Below are positions 42,816 to 53,572 of a DNA stretch of 64,000 nucleotides, in pieces. Under the pieces are notes generated by a model. It searched no databases. It saw nothing but the letters and a program-made list of their open reading frames with translations, and was not told the origin of the DNA. How positions within the stretch are numbered: the stretch's first letter is position 1; every line of letters starts with the position of its first letter. A program made the position numbers and the translations under genes. This DNA comes from a virus, in the IMG/VR virus record IMGVR_UViG_3300044856_000216, positions 96,001 to 160,000 of that record; one strand, given 5' to 3'.

Positions 42816-44513
42816 ATGCAACATAAATATTTTACAGTAGAAGATTTAATTAGATTCTGTGAACAAAAGAAAATGTATAATTTTTCTTCAAAAGAATCTG
42901 GCAAACCTATTGTTATACAGGCAATTCAAGACTTCTCTTCTGCCGATGTTGAAGAAACGTCAGATAATAAGTTATATGCAAAAGTACGTGTGTGTCACAC
43001 ATTACTTAATCGTAACGGAAGTTATATATCAGAAGATTCTATGAAAGCGGCTATGCCTAGTCTTAAATATTCTCCATTGCTTGCAAATATACATCAGTTA
43101 GATGATGGAACATGGGATTTCCATTCACATGATTATCACATTGAAAAAGATGAAAATGGTAATGAGACGATTGTATATGATGAAAAACAGGTAGGAACTT
43201 TTACAGCAGATGAACCCTATCTCGAATATGACAAAGATATGGATAAAACATATGTTGTTGCTCGTGTAGCTATTCCTGAATCGTACACTCGTTGTGCTGA
43301 TATTATTCGTGAGAAAAATGGTACGAAGGTAAGTTGTGAACTTATTGTCTATGAGTGTTCTTATAATGCAAAAGAAAAATATCTTCAGTTAGAAGATTTT
43401 GAATTTGCAGGCTGCACTTGCCTTGGTTCTGAAAAAGATGGGACGCCTATTGGTGAAGGAATGCTTGGGAGTAAGATAACTCTTGAAGATTTCAGTGAAG
43501 AAAATAACAGCTTAATTAAATTTAATAAAAAAATGGTTGAACTACAAGCAAGGCTTGAAAAACTTGAGACTGCTTGTTTTGACAATAAAGAAAATAATTC
43601 TAAGGAAGGAGGAAACGAAAACTTGAATAAATTTGAAGAATTATGTCAGAAGTATGGAAAGACAGTTGATGATATCACATTTGATTATAAGAATATGTCC
43701 GATAATGAATTAGTCGAAGCGTTTGCAAAAGCATTCGATGAAACCGATTCTACTGATGATGGAAGTGAGGGTGTTGATACTCCTTCTGGCAGTGAAACAA
43801 TTGCTGATGAAAATGAAGAAGGTGAAAATAATCCTAGTGAATCCAATTCAGATGAGAGTAAAAAAAGTGAAGCTACAGAAGACGAATCAAAGAAGAAAGT
43901 TAATAATGCGTTAACAAGAACTTTTGAAATAAGTCATGAAGATATTCGTTATGCTCTTTATAATCTTTTATCTTCATATGAAGAGGCAGATAATGAATGG
44001 TATTACATTACTGGGGTATTTGATTCATATTTTGTATATGAAAGTTGGGATGGTGGAAAAATCTACGGTCAAAAATATACAAAAGATAATAATACAGTTT
44101 CATATGATGGAGAGAGATACACATTACATAAAACATATCTTACAGATTCCGAATATGCAGAACTTGAGTCTATGCGTTCAAATTATACAGAGCTTAAAGA
44201 ATTCAAGGAAAATGTAGAAAAGAATGAACTTCATTCTAAGAAAGAATCTTTGCTCGCAGATGAAAAATATTCTGTTTTATCAGAAAATGAAGCATTTATA
44301 GAATTAAAGAAAAACATGGATAATTATTCTCTTGATGATTTAGAGACAAAGGCAAAAGTTATTTTTGCTGATTATGTATCATCTATTGGATCATTTTCTG
44401 CCAAACCTGAAGCTTCAAAAAATCCAGTTCTATTTATGTCCAATTCTAATTCAGAAAAGGAATCCAAAAAGAAAGCACCTTATGGTGGGATTTTTGAGAA
44501 ATATAACAACTAA
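42816..44513 (+). CDS. putative head scaffold / maturation protein with acidic central region
   Basis: ORF track trimmed to ATG 42816 after AAAGGAGGAAGAA. Position between the portal and the capsid candidate. Confidence 0.45.
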   Translation: MQHKYFTVEDLIRFCEQKKMYNFSSKESGKPIVIQAIQDFSSADVEETSDNKLYAKVRVCHTLLNRNGSYISEDSMKAAMPSLKYSPLLANIHQLDDGTWDFHSHDYHIEKDENGNETIVYDEKQVGTFTADEPYLEYDKDMDKTYVVARVAIPESYTRCADIIREKNGTKVSCELIVYECSYNAKEKYLQLEDFEFAGCTCLGSEKDGTPIGEGMLGSKITLEDFSEENNSLIKFNKKMVELQARLEKLETACFDNKENNSKEGGNENLNKFEELCQKYGKTVDDITFDYKNMSDNELVEAFAKAFDETDSTDDGSEGVDTPSGSETIADENEEGENNPSESNSDESKKSEATEDESKKKVNNALTRTFEISHEDIRYALYNLLSSYEEADNEWYYITGVFDSYFVYESWDGGKIYGQKYTKDNNTVSYDGERYTLHKTYLTDSEYAELESMRSNYTELKEFKENVEKNELHSKKESLLADEKYSVLSENEAFIELKKNMDNYSLDDLETKAKVIFADYVSSIGSFSAKPEASKNPVLFMSNSNSEKESKKKAPYGGIFEKYNN

Positions 44514-44533
44514 AAATTTAAAAATAATTTATT

Positions 44534-44560
44534 AGATCGACTTTATGTCGGTCTTTTTTA
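44534..44560 (+). terminator. intrinsic terminator
   Basis: AGATCGAC-TTTAT-GTCGGTCT followed by TTTTT. Confidence 0.65.
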
Positions 44561-44586
44561 TTGCAAAAAATAAGGAGGATTTATTA

Positions 44587-45096
44587 ATGGTAAACGCATA
44601 TTTAAAAGCCGTAGAAAAGCACATTGTTGCAGAATCAACAAATCTTAGTGCAACAAATTATGGCAGACATATTTTTAATGTAAAAGCTTCTGAAGATATC
44701 GACAATGGAAAAGTCGTAGATATCGACAAGATGAAGTATGAGAAAAATGAATATTACACAATGGTTGAGCCTACTGCTACTTCTCGTGTAGGTTTAATTC
44801 TTTCAGTTGCAGTCGGTGCAGATGAAAAGCCTTTAGCTGCTACTCATGAATACAACTTCTATAACGGCAAGGATGAAATTATGAGGGTATATGAACTTGC
44901 AGCAGGTGATAGATTTACTATTTCCGCAAATGGTATCTCTGGAACTCCAAAGGTAGGTTCTGTAATTGAGGCAGAGGGTTACAACTTAAAGGTTGTTGAA
45001 GGAGAGTCTACTGCAACATTTAATGCTGAAATCATTGAAGAAATTAAGCGCACAGGTGGAACATTTTACAAAGTTATTGTTCGTAAGAATGGCTAA
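44587..45096 (+). CDS. hypothetical head-module protein
   Basis: ORF track trimmed to ATG 44587 after TAAGGAGG. Confidence 0.6.
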   Translation: MVNAYLKAVEKHIVAESTNLSATNYGRHIFNVKASEDIDNGKVVDIDKMKYEKNEYYTMVEPTATSRVGLILSVAVGADEKPLAATHEYNFYNGKDEIMRVYELAAGDRFTISANGISGTPKVGSVIEAEGYNLKVVEGESTATFNAEIIEEIKRTGGTFYKVIVRKNG

Positions 45097-45118
45097 TTAA
45101 ATAAGGAGGACATACATA

Positions 45119-46225
45119 ATGAAGAAGAATTTCTTAAATTTCAGTGCTGATATTAAGAGTGCATTTGAAAATGATGAAACAAAATATATGGGATTTTCAC
45201 AGCTTTTAAAAGATTATGCCAAGGGTGAATTTGAGTCAGGTATTTCGAAAGCTGACGCAGACAAGGAAATCAAGGAAACTTTTAGACTTATCATGGGTCT
45301 TGATGAAAAGGCTTCTGCAAAAGAAATCCGAAATGCGATTAGACGTAATAAAAATGAGATTTTTGAGGTTATTGAAGATACAATTGAAGATCTTTTAACT
45401 TCTGGTTGGCAGGATAACGAATTCTTTAATGATTTTGTTGAAACAAAAAATCTTGCAATGGATGATACAAATGAATTTGAATCAGAGGACAAAACTGTAT
45501 TAACAGTTGGTAAGCTTTCTGGTAATCATTGGGATCTTGATCGTCAGAGACTTGGTATTAATGAGACATTCCGTGTCCCTACATACTGGGTTGGACTTTC
45601 TGTATACGAGGAGTTTGAGCGTGTTATGACGGGTCGTTCAGATTGGTCAAAACTTGTAAATAAGATTTATGAGGCTATGGATCAGTATGTTCAGAGTCTT
45701 GTTTATAAGGCAGTGATCTCTGCTGGTACACAGGTTCTCCCTGGTTCAGAGCAGTTTTATAAGACAGCAGCTCTTGATAAAGCAGCTAAGACAACTTTCG
45801 TAACAATGATTGAGGATGTTCAGGCAGCTAACCGTGGTGCAGAAGTTGTTATCATGGGTACAAAGACAGCTCTCTCAAGACTTTTTGACCTTGCAGATGT
45901 ATCTTGGATTAGTGAGGATGACAAGAAGGATCGTAGAAATCTTGGTCGCCTTGGTATCTGGGAAGGAACTCGTGTAGTAGAAATTCCACAGGTATTCGCA
46001 AAGAATGATACTTCTACAAAGATGGTAGATTCTAATGTACTTTTAATCATGCCTATAGCAGATAATAAGTTTATTAAGCTTGTATACGAGGGTGATTCTC
46101 AGATAAAAGAGGTAAATGATTCTACTGAAAAGAATGATATGACATATGAGTTTAAGTATATGACAAAACTTGGAGTAGGTACTATAGTAAATAGATACTT
46201 TGGTACATGGAATATTGTAGCCTAA
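45119..46225 (+). CDS. putative major capsid protein
   Basis: 368 aa. AAGGAGG SD. Followed by a strong terminator. Called from position and size only. Confidence 0.5.
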   Translation: MKKNFLNFSADIKSAFENDETKYMGFSQLLKDYAKGEFESGISKADADKEIKETFRLIMGLDEKASAKEIRNAIRRNKNEIFEVIEDTIEDLLTSGWQDNEFFNDFVETKNLAMDDTNEFESEDKTVLTVGKLSGNHWDLDRQRLGINETFRVPTYWVGLSVYEEFERVMTGRSDWSKLVNKIYEAMDQYVQSLVYKAVISAGTQVLPGSEQFYKTAALDKAAKTTFVTMIEDVQAANRGAEVVIMGTKTALSRLFDLADVSWISEDDKKDRRNLGRLGIWEGTRVVEIPQVFAKNDTSTKMVDSNVLLIMPIADNKFIKLVYEGDSQIKEVNDSTEKNDMTYEFKYMTKLGVGTIVNRYFGTWNIVA

Positions 46226-46236
46226 TATTGGCTTTT

Positions 46237-46275
46237 AAAACGAGAGTTTATATTTTATAGACTCTCGTTTTATTT
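46237..46275 (+). terminator. intrinsic terminator (11-bp stem)
   Basis: AAAACGAGAGT...ACTCTCGTTTT. Confidence 0.75.
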
Positions 46276-46300
46276 AGATTGGAAAGAAAGGAATTTATAT

Positions 46301-46846
46301 ATGGCAGTAACTAAGAAAGCAACTACAAAGGCAACTACTTCTACTGTTACAGAAACTGAAGTAAAAACAACTAAACCAAAAACATTTTCTCAGACAGATA
46401 CAATTTTATGTAGGTCTGTAACCCCAGGTTGGCTGGGAGTTCCAGGAAAATCAGGAATGTATTATGTTTTTGCCAATTATGGAGATGAAACAGAAATAGA
46501 ATATGGAGATCTTTTTGCATTAAAAAATAGTCATTCAAGATATATTTATGATCCTTTATTTGTCATTGAAGATGAGGAACTTTTAGAAAATCCTCGTTGG
46601 AAAGATATATCTGAATTTTATTCAGATAAAGTTTATGGAATGGATGATATTAATAATGTATTAAATAAACCTAATAATGCTTTTAAAAATACACTTACAA
46701 CACTTCCAAAAGGCTTATTAAAAGCAATTACTGTAGAGGTTGCAAAGCGTATTGAAGATGGTACTTTTGATTCTATTAGAAAAATCAAAGCTCTTGATGA
46801 AGTCTGTGGTACAGATTTCGGAAAAATGATTAATACGGCTGATTAA
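46301..46846 (+). CDS. hypothetical structural-module protein
   Basis: ORF track. Confidence 0.65.
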   Translation: MAVTKKATTKATTSTVTETEVKTTKPKTFSQTDTILCRSVTPGWLGVPGKSGMYYVFANYGDETEIEYGDLFALKNSHSRYIYDPLFVIEDEELLENPRWKDISEFYSDKVYGMDDINNVLNKPNNAFKNTLTTLPKGLLKAITVEVAKRIEDGTFDSIRKIKALDEVCGTDFGKMINTAD

Positions 46847-46860
46847 AAAGGAGGTAATAT

Positions 46861-47319
46861 ATGCCTTCTCTTAAATACGAAGATATATACAAAAGAGCAT
46901 TAACAATGATTAATGACCTTGAACTTGCAACTTATACAGAGGAAGATTTCTATAGTATTCTCTGTGAATGGTTGCATACAACTGCTTCTTTCCCACTTCT
47001 TAGAAAAAAATTTAGTGTATATTCTTTTGATGATGAAATTATGAGTATCAATTTCACATTAACAAACAGTGTAGATGATTTCTATGATTCTGAATTTGTA
47101 AAAACTATTTTAGCAAAAGGAATTATCATTAGTTATTTCCCATCAAAATTAGAGAATACAAAGAACTTAGCAACTATGATTGGTGGCAAGGAAGAAAAAA
47201 AACTTATAGATAATTATTCAAAAAATATGGAAAGGCTCACACAGTTAAAGCGTGAATGGGAACTTGAATTGTCTCGTCATACCTATTATTTTGGTGAGTA
47301 TGGTGGTTCTAATGGATAA
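46861..47319 (+). CDS. hypothetical head-tail joining region protein
   Basis: AAAGGAGG SD. Called from position. Confidence 0.6.
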   Translation: MPSLKYEDIYKRALTMINDLELATYTEEDFYSILCEWLHTTASFPLLRKKFSVYSFDDEIMSINFTLTNSVDDFYDSEFVKTILAKGIIISYFPSKLENTKNLATMIGGKEEKKLIDNYSKNMERLTQLKREWELELSRHTYYFGEYGGSNG

Positions 47320-47659
47320 ATTAGTTCCACATAAATATGGAGAATTTAAAATTTCTCAAGTTAATTACTATAAGCAGAAATTACGAAAAAAAATATTCTG
47401 GTTAGTTTTATATACAGATAAAAACACAAAAGCTGATTTTGAAAATATAGATGTTGTGGAATATCATAAAAATCTATTATTTGAAATTTCTAATTGTAAT
47501 AAACTACTACTCTATCCAAAGGATTTTGTAGAAATTATTAACAGTCTTGAATGTGCATTGTCTGTATTACAGTCAGAAGAATTTAATTTTAACAAATATA
47601 AGAAACTTGTGTTTGATGCTGGGGCTTTGCTTCAGAGAATGAAAGTTGGTGATGAGTAA
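47312..47659 (+). CDS. hypothetical protein
   Basis: ORF track 47252-47659, trimmed to ATG 47312, which overlaps the previous stop (ATGGATAA). Confidence 0.55.
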   Translation: MDKLVPHKYGEFKISQVNYYKQKLRKKIFWLVLYTDKNTKADFENIDVVEYHKNLLFEISNCNKLLLYPKDFVEIINSLECALSVLQSEEFNFNKYKKLVFDAGALLQRMKVGDE

Positions 47660-48957
47660 TGTCTGCATATGATTTTTACCAACGAAAAATGAAAGTTAAT
47701 GGAAACTCTACTGGGAAGAATTGTTCCACCCTTGGCGAAAAATTAAAATCTGATTCAGATAAAATCATGGAACTTACGTGGAACAACGATATCCAGAGTA
47801 AAATCTGTTATATATACGACTTCTATCATGATGATCAGCCACGGTTAGCTCAAGGCATGACGTATGAAAACACAACTAAAACACGCATAGATGCAAAGTT
47901 TATTGTTAAATCATATCAGTCAATGGATAAAGACCAAGTTGAATATTATATTCAATTTAAACCAACACAGAAAACACATTTTTCTGAAGGCGACGAACTT
48001 TACTATTTTGAAACTGATTATCGTAAAAAATATCATAATGATAATTTTATCGGTTTATTCATTGATATACCAAATGATGAAAATATCTATGAAAAATGGA
48101 TGATTCTTCGTACTGAACCAGCAAATCAATTCCCAAAGTATTTAATTCTTAAATGCAATTATGAATTGATGTGGATTGAGAATAATGGTGTAGAAAAAAT
48201 CAAGCGTAGAATGTGGTCTGTTTTAAAAATGCAGAGCAGCTACAACAGCGGGCTTTGGACTGATTTGCGATTTACTTCGCAGGAAAACCAAGATAAAGTA
48301 TGGCTACCATTAAATCCAATCACTGAAAAGATTTGGTATACAAATGAATCATCAAAGAATATGCGTGTGCTTGTTAGTTCTTTTACTGACAATGCAATAG
48401 CATGGCAGATTAGTAAGGTTGAAAATGCTCAACCACTTGGGGTTCAGAAATTAACTCTATATCAAGATTTCTTTGATCAACACAGAGATTATATCGAAAA
48501 AGATTCTGACGGAAATATTATTGGTATGTGGGCAGACTATTTCGATTCAGAAATTGCCCCAACAGATCCAAATACAAAACCAACTCCATCCCCAGTTACA
48601 AATATCTTGGCTACGATTACTTCATCAGTGTCAACAATTAAAGTTGGTGGCTCTTATCGAACACTTAATATCAAACTCTCAAATGATTCTGGTGAAGATG
48701 TTACTAATACATTTGATGATAAAAAATCAAATTTCGAATGGCATTTTGAAATAGACAATGAGGAATATAAAGGTATTATCAGAAATGATATTTCTTTCTG
48801 TCAGATGAAAATAAAGCTTCCTGATGATTATGAACAAGATAATCAGAAGAAGGATAATTATGATTATGTTGGTAAAGTTCTGACTATTTATTGCACTATT
48901 GCAAATGAAACTATTACAATTGAAAGTAATAAGTTACAATTAGAAATAACAGATTAA
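47659..48957 (+). CDS. hypothetical structural protein (432 aa)
   Basis: TAATG overlap with the previous gene. ORF track. Confidence 0.7.
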   Translation: MSAYDFYQRKMKVNGNSTGKNCSTLGEKLKSDSDKIMELTWNNDIQSKICYIYDFYHDDQPRLAQGMTYENTTKTRIDAKFIVKSYQSMDKDQVEYYIQFKPTQKTHFSEGDELYYFETDYRKKYHNDNFIGLFIDIPNDENIYEKWMILRTEPANQFPKYLILKCNYELMWIENNGVEKIKRRMWSVLKMQSSYNSGLWTDLRFTSQENQDKVWLPLNPITEKIWYTNESSKNMRVLVSSFTDNAIAWQISKVENAQPLGVQKLTLYQDFFDQHRDYIEKDSDGNIIGMWADYFDSEIAPTDPNTKPTPSPVTNILATITSSVSTIKVGGSYRTLNIKLSNDSGEDVTNTFDDKKSNFEWHFEIDNEEYKGIIRNDISFCQMKIKLPDDYEQDNQKKDNYDYVGKVLTIYCTIANETITIESNKLQLEITD

Positions 48958-48966
48958 GGAGGCGAT

Positions 48967-49626
48967 ATGATAGAAGATAAAATAGTATCTAAAACTGATT
49001 TGCTAAATAAACTTCGAGCATATAGAAAAACTCCTGATGACGATAATATTGTTTACAAACAAAAAATTAAAAAGGCATTATTGTCGAATCCTTATCTGTT
49101 GTATGCTCTTAATGAAAAAGATTTAGAATCCGAACTTTTTAATGATAAGGGAAATATAAATTGGGAATGGGATGAAAAAAATAAAAAATATGAACCGCTT
49201 GGAGAATGGGATAGATATTTTGGAAGCAATTCAAATATCCGTCCTTTTTTATTTATTCCAGATACTCAAACGGGAGTAAAACATTATATATGTTATCAAG
49301 TTGGTTTTGATGAAATTCCAAGATATTCTCAAATAAATAAAAATACAGAAATAACATTCACAATATTTGTTCATGGAAATGACCGTATGGATAAACTTAC
49401 AGGCTTACCTCGTCATGATTTAATAGCTTCTATTATACGAGAACAATTTAATTGGTCTAATATCTTTGGATTACAGACAAAATTAATCTCATCTAAAGAA
49501 TCTATGACAGATAATAACTATGTAGTAAGAACATTGGTATTTCAGATTTACTATGATATTAATGGAATTACATATAGCCCGTTTGATGAGCAATCGTACA
49601 TAAGGAACAACGAATCTTGGCAATAG
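48967..49626 (+). CDS. hypothetical structural protein
   Basis: AAGGAGG SD. Confidence 0.7.
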   Translation: MIEDKIVSKTDLLNKLRAYRKTPDDDNIVYKQKIKKALLSNPYLLYALNEKDLESELFNDKGNINWEWDEKNKKYEPLGEWDRYFGSNSNIRPFLFIPDTQTGVKHYICYQVGFDEIPRYSQINKNTEITFTIFVHGNDRMDKLTGLPRHDLIASIIREQFNWSNIFGLQTKLISSKESMTDNNYVVRTLVFQIYYDINGITYSPFDEQSYIRNNESWQ

Positions 49627-50549
49627 GCAAGGAAGAACACTATGAGAATGATGAACTAAAGATATATCGTGGTGAAGATTTTATAGTTCAAAAACATATT
49701 ATCTTACATCAACCTACATTGGGTGAAATATGTGATTTTTCAGAGAAAGATTATTATTCAATGTTGTATAACTTTACAGCTACGCCACAATCTTTAAAGG
49801 TGCAATTATGGGAAGGTGGAATAGATTATACTGAAATACAACCATTTCAATTATTCTATACACTGCTCTATAAAGCATTCCCAATTAAAAAAACTTCTAT
49901 TATATTTGGAGATTTAGATTTTTCTAAATTTCAGGTTCGACAAAAAGAAGATGATGATTCAATTTTTTTGTATCAAGCAATTCCTACAGGGAATATCTAT
50001 GAATTAATTGGTAGTAATATAAAGGGCAAAAAGTTACATCATTTTACAAGTTTAATTGATGCTGCAAAATTCGTTAATACAGATGAAGATACTTTAATAA
50101 ATCAATTATCAGAAGATAATAGATTCGGCAATTATATCTTCGATGAGGTATCTTTAGAACCAGTAATAATAGATGAATTTACCTATAATATGATAATTGA
50201 TTATCTTTGCAAAACACATTTCATTGAAAGAGATTTTAGAATTCCAGCTAATAATTCTACTAAAATGGTATTAATAGAAGATGCAAAAGAAGAAATGGAA
50301 CGAGCAAAAAATAAAGAATATCATTCTCAATTAAAAAATATGATATCCGCTATGATCAACTCAGAAGGATTTAAATATAATCATGAACAAGTTTGGAATA
50401 TGAAAATTAATGCGTTTATGGATTCTGTAAAACGTATAGGAAAAATTAAAAATGCACAATTATTGTTGCAATCTGGCTATTCTGGTTTCGGAATAAGCTT
50501 TGATGATATAGACAAAAAACAAATAGATTGGCTTGGAGAACTCGATTAG
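49617..50549 (+). CDS. hypothetical structural protein
   Basis: TTG start overlapping the previous gene. ORF track. Confidence 0.6.
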   Translation: MAIGKEEHYENDELKIYRGEDFIVQKHIILHQPTLGEICDFSEKDYYSMLYNFTATPQSLKVQLWEGGIDYTEIQPFQLFYTLLYKAFPIKKTSIIFGDLDFSKFQVRQKEDDDSIFLYQAIPTGNIYELIGSNIKGKKLHHFTSLIDAAKFVNTDEDTLINQLSEDNRFGNYIFDEVSLEPVIIDEFTYNMIIDYLCKTHFIERDFRIPANNSTKMVLIEDAKEEMERAKNKEYHSQLKNMISAMINSEGFKYNHEQVWNMKINAFMDSVKRIGKIKNAQLLLQSGYSGFGISFDDIDKKQIDWLGELD

Positions 50550-50562
50550 AGTTCTTTTTTAT
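50538..50562 (+). terminator. intrinsic terminator
   Basis: AGAACTC-GATTA-GAGTTCT followed by TTTTTT. Confidence 0.7.
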
Positions 50563-50591
50563 TGCCACAAAATTATTAAGGAGGAATAAAA

Positions 50592-51392
50592 ATGGCTAAC
50601 TTTAACCCAAATGAATTAATTCTTGAGAAAATTAGAGCCGTAGAGGAATATGATCCTGCTACAATGGAGCTTACTGGTAGATATACACAGGTCGAAGATC
50701 CATCTCTTAAAACAAGTGCCGATGGTACAGATGTTACTGATGCGATGGGTACACCAATCCAGACATTCTATCAGGCACAGAAAGGTACATTTGATTTCAC
50801 TAACTCACTCTTCTCTCTTGACCTTGCTGCTTCACAGTTTGGTTCAACAAAGGCTGTAGCTTCTGATACAAATAAGATTAAGATGCCTGTATCTGAGACA
50901 ATTGCAATTGTAGCTGGTGCAACTGTAGAGCTTAAATATGTTCCAGTTGGTACAAAGGGTGCAGAGGTTAAGTATGTTAAGGTTATTAATGATAATAACA
51001 CATTCGGTAAGACATATACTGTATCTGCTACAAAGGGTGAAGACAAGTTCACTATTGATGCAGCTAACAGAACAATTACTCTTCCAGAGGGAACAACTGG
51101 TCGTGTATTTGTAAACTATGAGAAGGAGACAGCTACAGCAGTTCAGGTAATTAAGAGAACTGATGGTGTACCAGAGGTTAAGACACTTCTCATTCATGCA
51201 ATTTTCCACGATCCATGTAATAAGAACCTTGTATATGCTGGTGTTATCCGTTGTCCAAGAGCACAGATTGATCCATCAAGTGTAGAGCTTTCTCTTAAGT
51301 CTGATGGTAAGCATCCAGCTTCTTATGTTCTTAATAAGGAGTACTGTGCTGAGGATGGTAAGCTTTTCGATATCTTAGTATCTGAGGACTAA
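50592..51392 (+). CDS. putative major tail (tube) protein
   Basis: AAGGAGG SD. 266 aa, flanked by terminators (the signature of an abundant structural protein). Function is guessed. Confidence 0.4.
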   Translation: MANFNPNELILEKIRAVEEYDPATMELTGRYTQVEDPSLKTSADGTDVTDAMGTPIQTFYQAQKGTFDFTNSLFSLDLAASQFGSTKAVASDTNKIKMPVSETIAIVAGATVELKYVPVGTKGAEVKYVKVINDNNTFGKTYTVSATKGEDKFTIDAANRTITLPEGTTGRVFVNYEKETATAVQVIKRTDGVPEVKTLLIHAIFHDPCNKNLVYAGVIRCPRAQIDPSSVELSLKSDGKHPASYVLNKEYCAEDGKLFDILVSED

Positions 51393-51402
51393 TTTAAAAA
51401 AT

Positions 51403-51432
51403 AAGAGTGGTTGAAATATACCACTCTTTTTA
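51403..51432 (+). terminator. intrinsic terminator
   Basis: AAGAGTGG...CCACTCTT followed by TTTAT. Confidence 0.7.
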
Positions 51433-51448
51433 TGAAAGGAATTATTAT

Positions 51449-51790
51449 ATGTCATTAGAAAATAACGCAATTTGCGCAATATGTGGAAAACCTTATAGAG
51501 TTTGTCATACATGTCAGAATATTAAAACTTATACTCCTTGGAGAACAGTAACTGATACTCTTCCACACTATACAATTTATCTTGCAATTTATGAATATAA
51601 TAAAACAAAAGATAAAGCAAAAGCAAAAGAAGAATTATTAAAATGTGATTTATCCGAGTTGGATAGTTTTGATAAAGATGTTAAAAAGGTCATTAATGAA
51701 ATTTTAGGAGAAAATAAAAAGACAGTTAATACTACTCCTAATAAAGAACAGACTTCAAAAACTGATAATAAGCTGGTACATAAGAAATGA
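51449..51790 (+). CDS. Cys-containing hypothetical protein
   Basis: ORF track 51407-51790, trimmed to ATG 51449 because the upstream part lies within the terminator. Confidence 0.6.
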   Translation: MSLENNAICAICGKPYRVCHTCQNIKTYTPWRTVTDTLPHYTIYLAIYEYNKTKDKAKAKEELLKCDLSELDSFDKDVKKVINEILGENKKTVNTTPNKEQTSKTDNKLVHKK

Positions 51791-51902
51791 TTATATTGAA
51801 TAGTAAGTTGAATTTTTTAATTGTATAGGGTTACGCATTTACTATTCAGTATTTTGTGTAGCCCTATTTTTTACGCTTATAAATAGAATGGAGTGAACGG
51901 AT

Positions 51903-52136
51903 ATTAAAGAATATAGTGACGTATTTAATTGGGAATACGATTCAGAAGATGTAATTTACATTCCTAATATGACTCAAAACTGTATGTATTTAAGTTCACC
52001 TTTGTCACGAGGGAAATTAGTTGATATTTTTCCAGGCAGAAATAAACGTGTTGTTTTTGCTTGGCTAAGATCAAAAGAAATAAATGAGTTATATAAAGAA
52101 TGGAATAGTAAGAAAATTGAGGAAGAGGAGGATTAA
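51903..52136 (+). CDS. small hypothetical protein (77 aa if the AUU start is used; 55 aa from ATG 51969)
   Basis: Own translation ...NMTQNCMYLSSPLSRGKLVDIFPGRNKRVVFAWLRSKEINELYKEWNSKKIEEEED*. GGAG-9 nt-ATT at 51903. Confidence 0.45.
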   Translation: MKEYSDVFNWEYDSEDVIYIPNMTQNCMYLSSPLSRGKLVDIFPGRNKRVVFAWLRSKEINELYKEWNSKKIEEEED

Positions 52137-52139
52137 CTG

Positions 52140-52514
52140 ATGAAGGAGTTTTTAGGAAGCTTAGATTGGATGACACTGCTCTCTGCTATTTGGACAGTAA
52201 TTTTAGTTCCGATCGGGACACAGATTTATAAATATCTGAAAACAAAGAAACTTGATAAGTATGCCTTGATTCTTTATAGAGAAGTTAAAAATGCTGTCAA
52301 GTCAGTATATGAAACAGAGGTCAAAGACATAAAGGGCACTGACGCATGGACTAAGGATAAAATGAATGAAGTAAAAGAAATTGCAAAACAGAAAGCAATT
52401 CAGGCACTTAATCAGTCAGTATATAAATGTCTCAAAGAGGCTAATAGTGATTTCGAGGATTATTTAGATTCACTCATTACAACCTCATTGTATGATCTTA
52501 AACATGAAAAATAA
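52140..52514 (+). CDS. holin candidate (one N-terminal TM helix)
   Basis: LDWMTLLSAIWTVILVPIGTQIY. Lies directly upstream of the endolysin. Confidence 0.5.
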   Translation: MKEFLGSLDWMTLLSAIWTVILVPIGTQIYKYLKTKKLDKYALILYREVKNAVKSVYETEVKDIKGTDAWTKDKMNEVKEIAKQKAIQALNQSVYKCLKEANSDFEDYLDSLITTSLYDLKHEK

Positions 52515-52531
52515 AATATGATAAATAATTT

Positions 52532-52556
52532 AGAGACTTAAAGAGTCTCTTTTTTA
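52532..52556 (+). terminator. intrinsic terminator
   Basis: AGAGACT...AGTCTCT followed by TTTTT. Confidence 0.65.
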
Positions 52557-52585
52557 TTGTAGAAAATTAGGAAGGAGGAATCACT

Positions 52586-53545
52586 ATGATTTCAAATTGT
52601 GGAAAAGATGAACGAGGTCGTTATTCTGGTGGAAAAGCTGGCGACCAGAGTGGTACTGAATGGTATATTCGTTCTTGGTATAATCATAATTGGAAATGTG
52701 TAATCAGATTTCCTGCGAATGTGCGTGAGCAGTTAGCTCTTAATGCAGAAAAGGCAGCTAAGAACAATTTAATTGGATATGACCAGAATGCGCGTCTCTC
52801 ATATTACAATCATCTTAAAGCTAGTAACTGGGATGCAAGTAAAATTACAATAGCTTGTGAAGCTGATTGTTCAGCAGGTGTTTCAGCAAATATTATAGCG
52901 GCTGGTTATAAACTTGGAATTTCAACATTAAAGAATTTCAATAAATCCAATACTACTTCTACTCTTCGTGCAGCTTGCAAAGCAGTTGGCGCAACGATAC
53001 TTACAGATTCAAAATATTTAACAAGTGATGCATATTTACTTAGAGGAGATTTGATTCTTAAGGATGGAAGTCATGTATGTACTAATATTACAAATGGTTC
53101 GAAGGCTTCTACTTCTACTCCAAAACCATCTACTTCTACTCAGTCAAAGCCAAGTGGAAATTCACTCGTAAGATTAGGACAGCAACACGCTATTAATTTT
53201 ACAGGACATACAATTGCTGTTGATGGACTTGTCGGAAAAGAAACCAACAGAATGAAAGCTAGAGTTTTACAACATGCTATCAACCTTGATTATAAAAAGG
53301 GTATTGGGGAAGATGGAATATTTGGTCGCAAGTCTAAGTCAGCTCTTGGCTCTCATTATGTTAAAAAGGGAGAAAGACAGTATATGGTAACTGCGGCTGA
53401 GATACTTATGTATCTTAATGGTGTTGATCCGAATGGTGTAGAATGTCCTGGCAAATATGGTAATGGTCTTGTAAGAGCTTCAAAACAGAAATTTGGAGAT
53501 GATGGTCTTAAAATTACAGCATCTGAATTCCTCAAGTTGATATAA
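52586..53545 (+). CDS. endolysin (N-terminal catalytic domain, S/T/P linker, C-terminal PG_binding_1-like domain)
   Basis: Linker SKASTSTPKPSTSTQSKPSG. C-terminus VDGLVGKETNRMKARVLQHAIN...EDGIFGRKSKSAL. Confidence 0.75.
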   Translation: MISNCGKDERGRYSGGKAGDQSGTEWYIRSWYNHNWKCVIRFPANVREQLALNAEKAAKNNLIGYDQNARLSYYNHLKASNWDASKITIACEADCSAGVSANIIAAGYKLGISTLKNFNKSNTTSTLRAACKAVGATILTDSKYLTSDAYLLRGDLILKDGSHVCTNITNGSKASTSTPKPSTSTQSKPSGNSLVRLGQQHAINFTGHTIAVDGLVGKETNRMKARVLQHAINLDYKKGIGEDGIFGRKSKSALGSHYVKKGERQYMVTAAEILMYLNGVDPNGVECPGKYGNGLVRASKQKFGDDGLKITASEFLKLI

Positions 53546-53572
53546 GGAAAGGCTCAGATGGTGTAATATGAA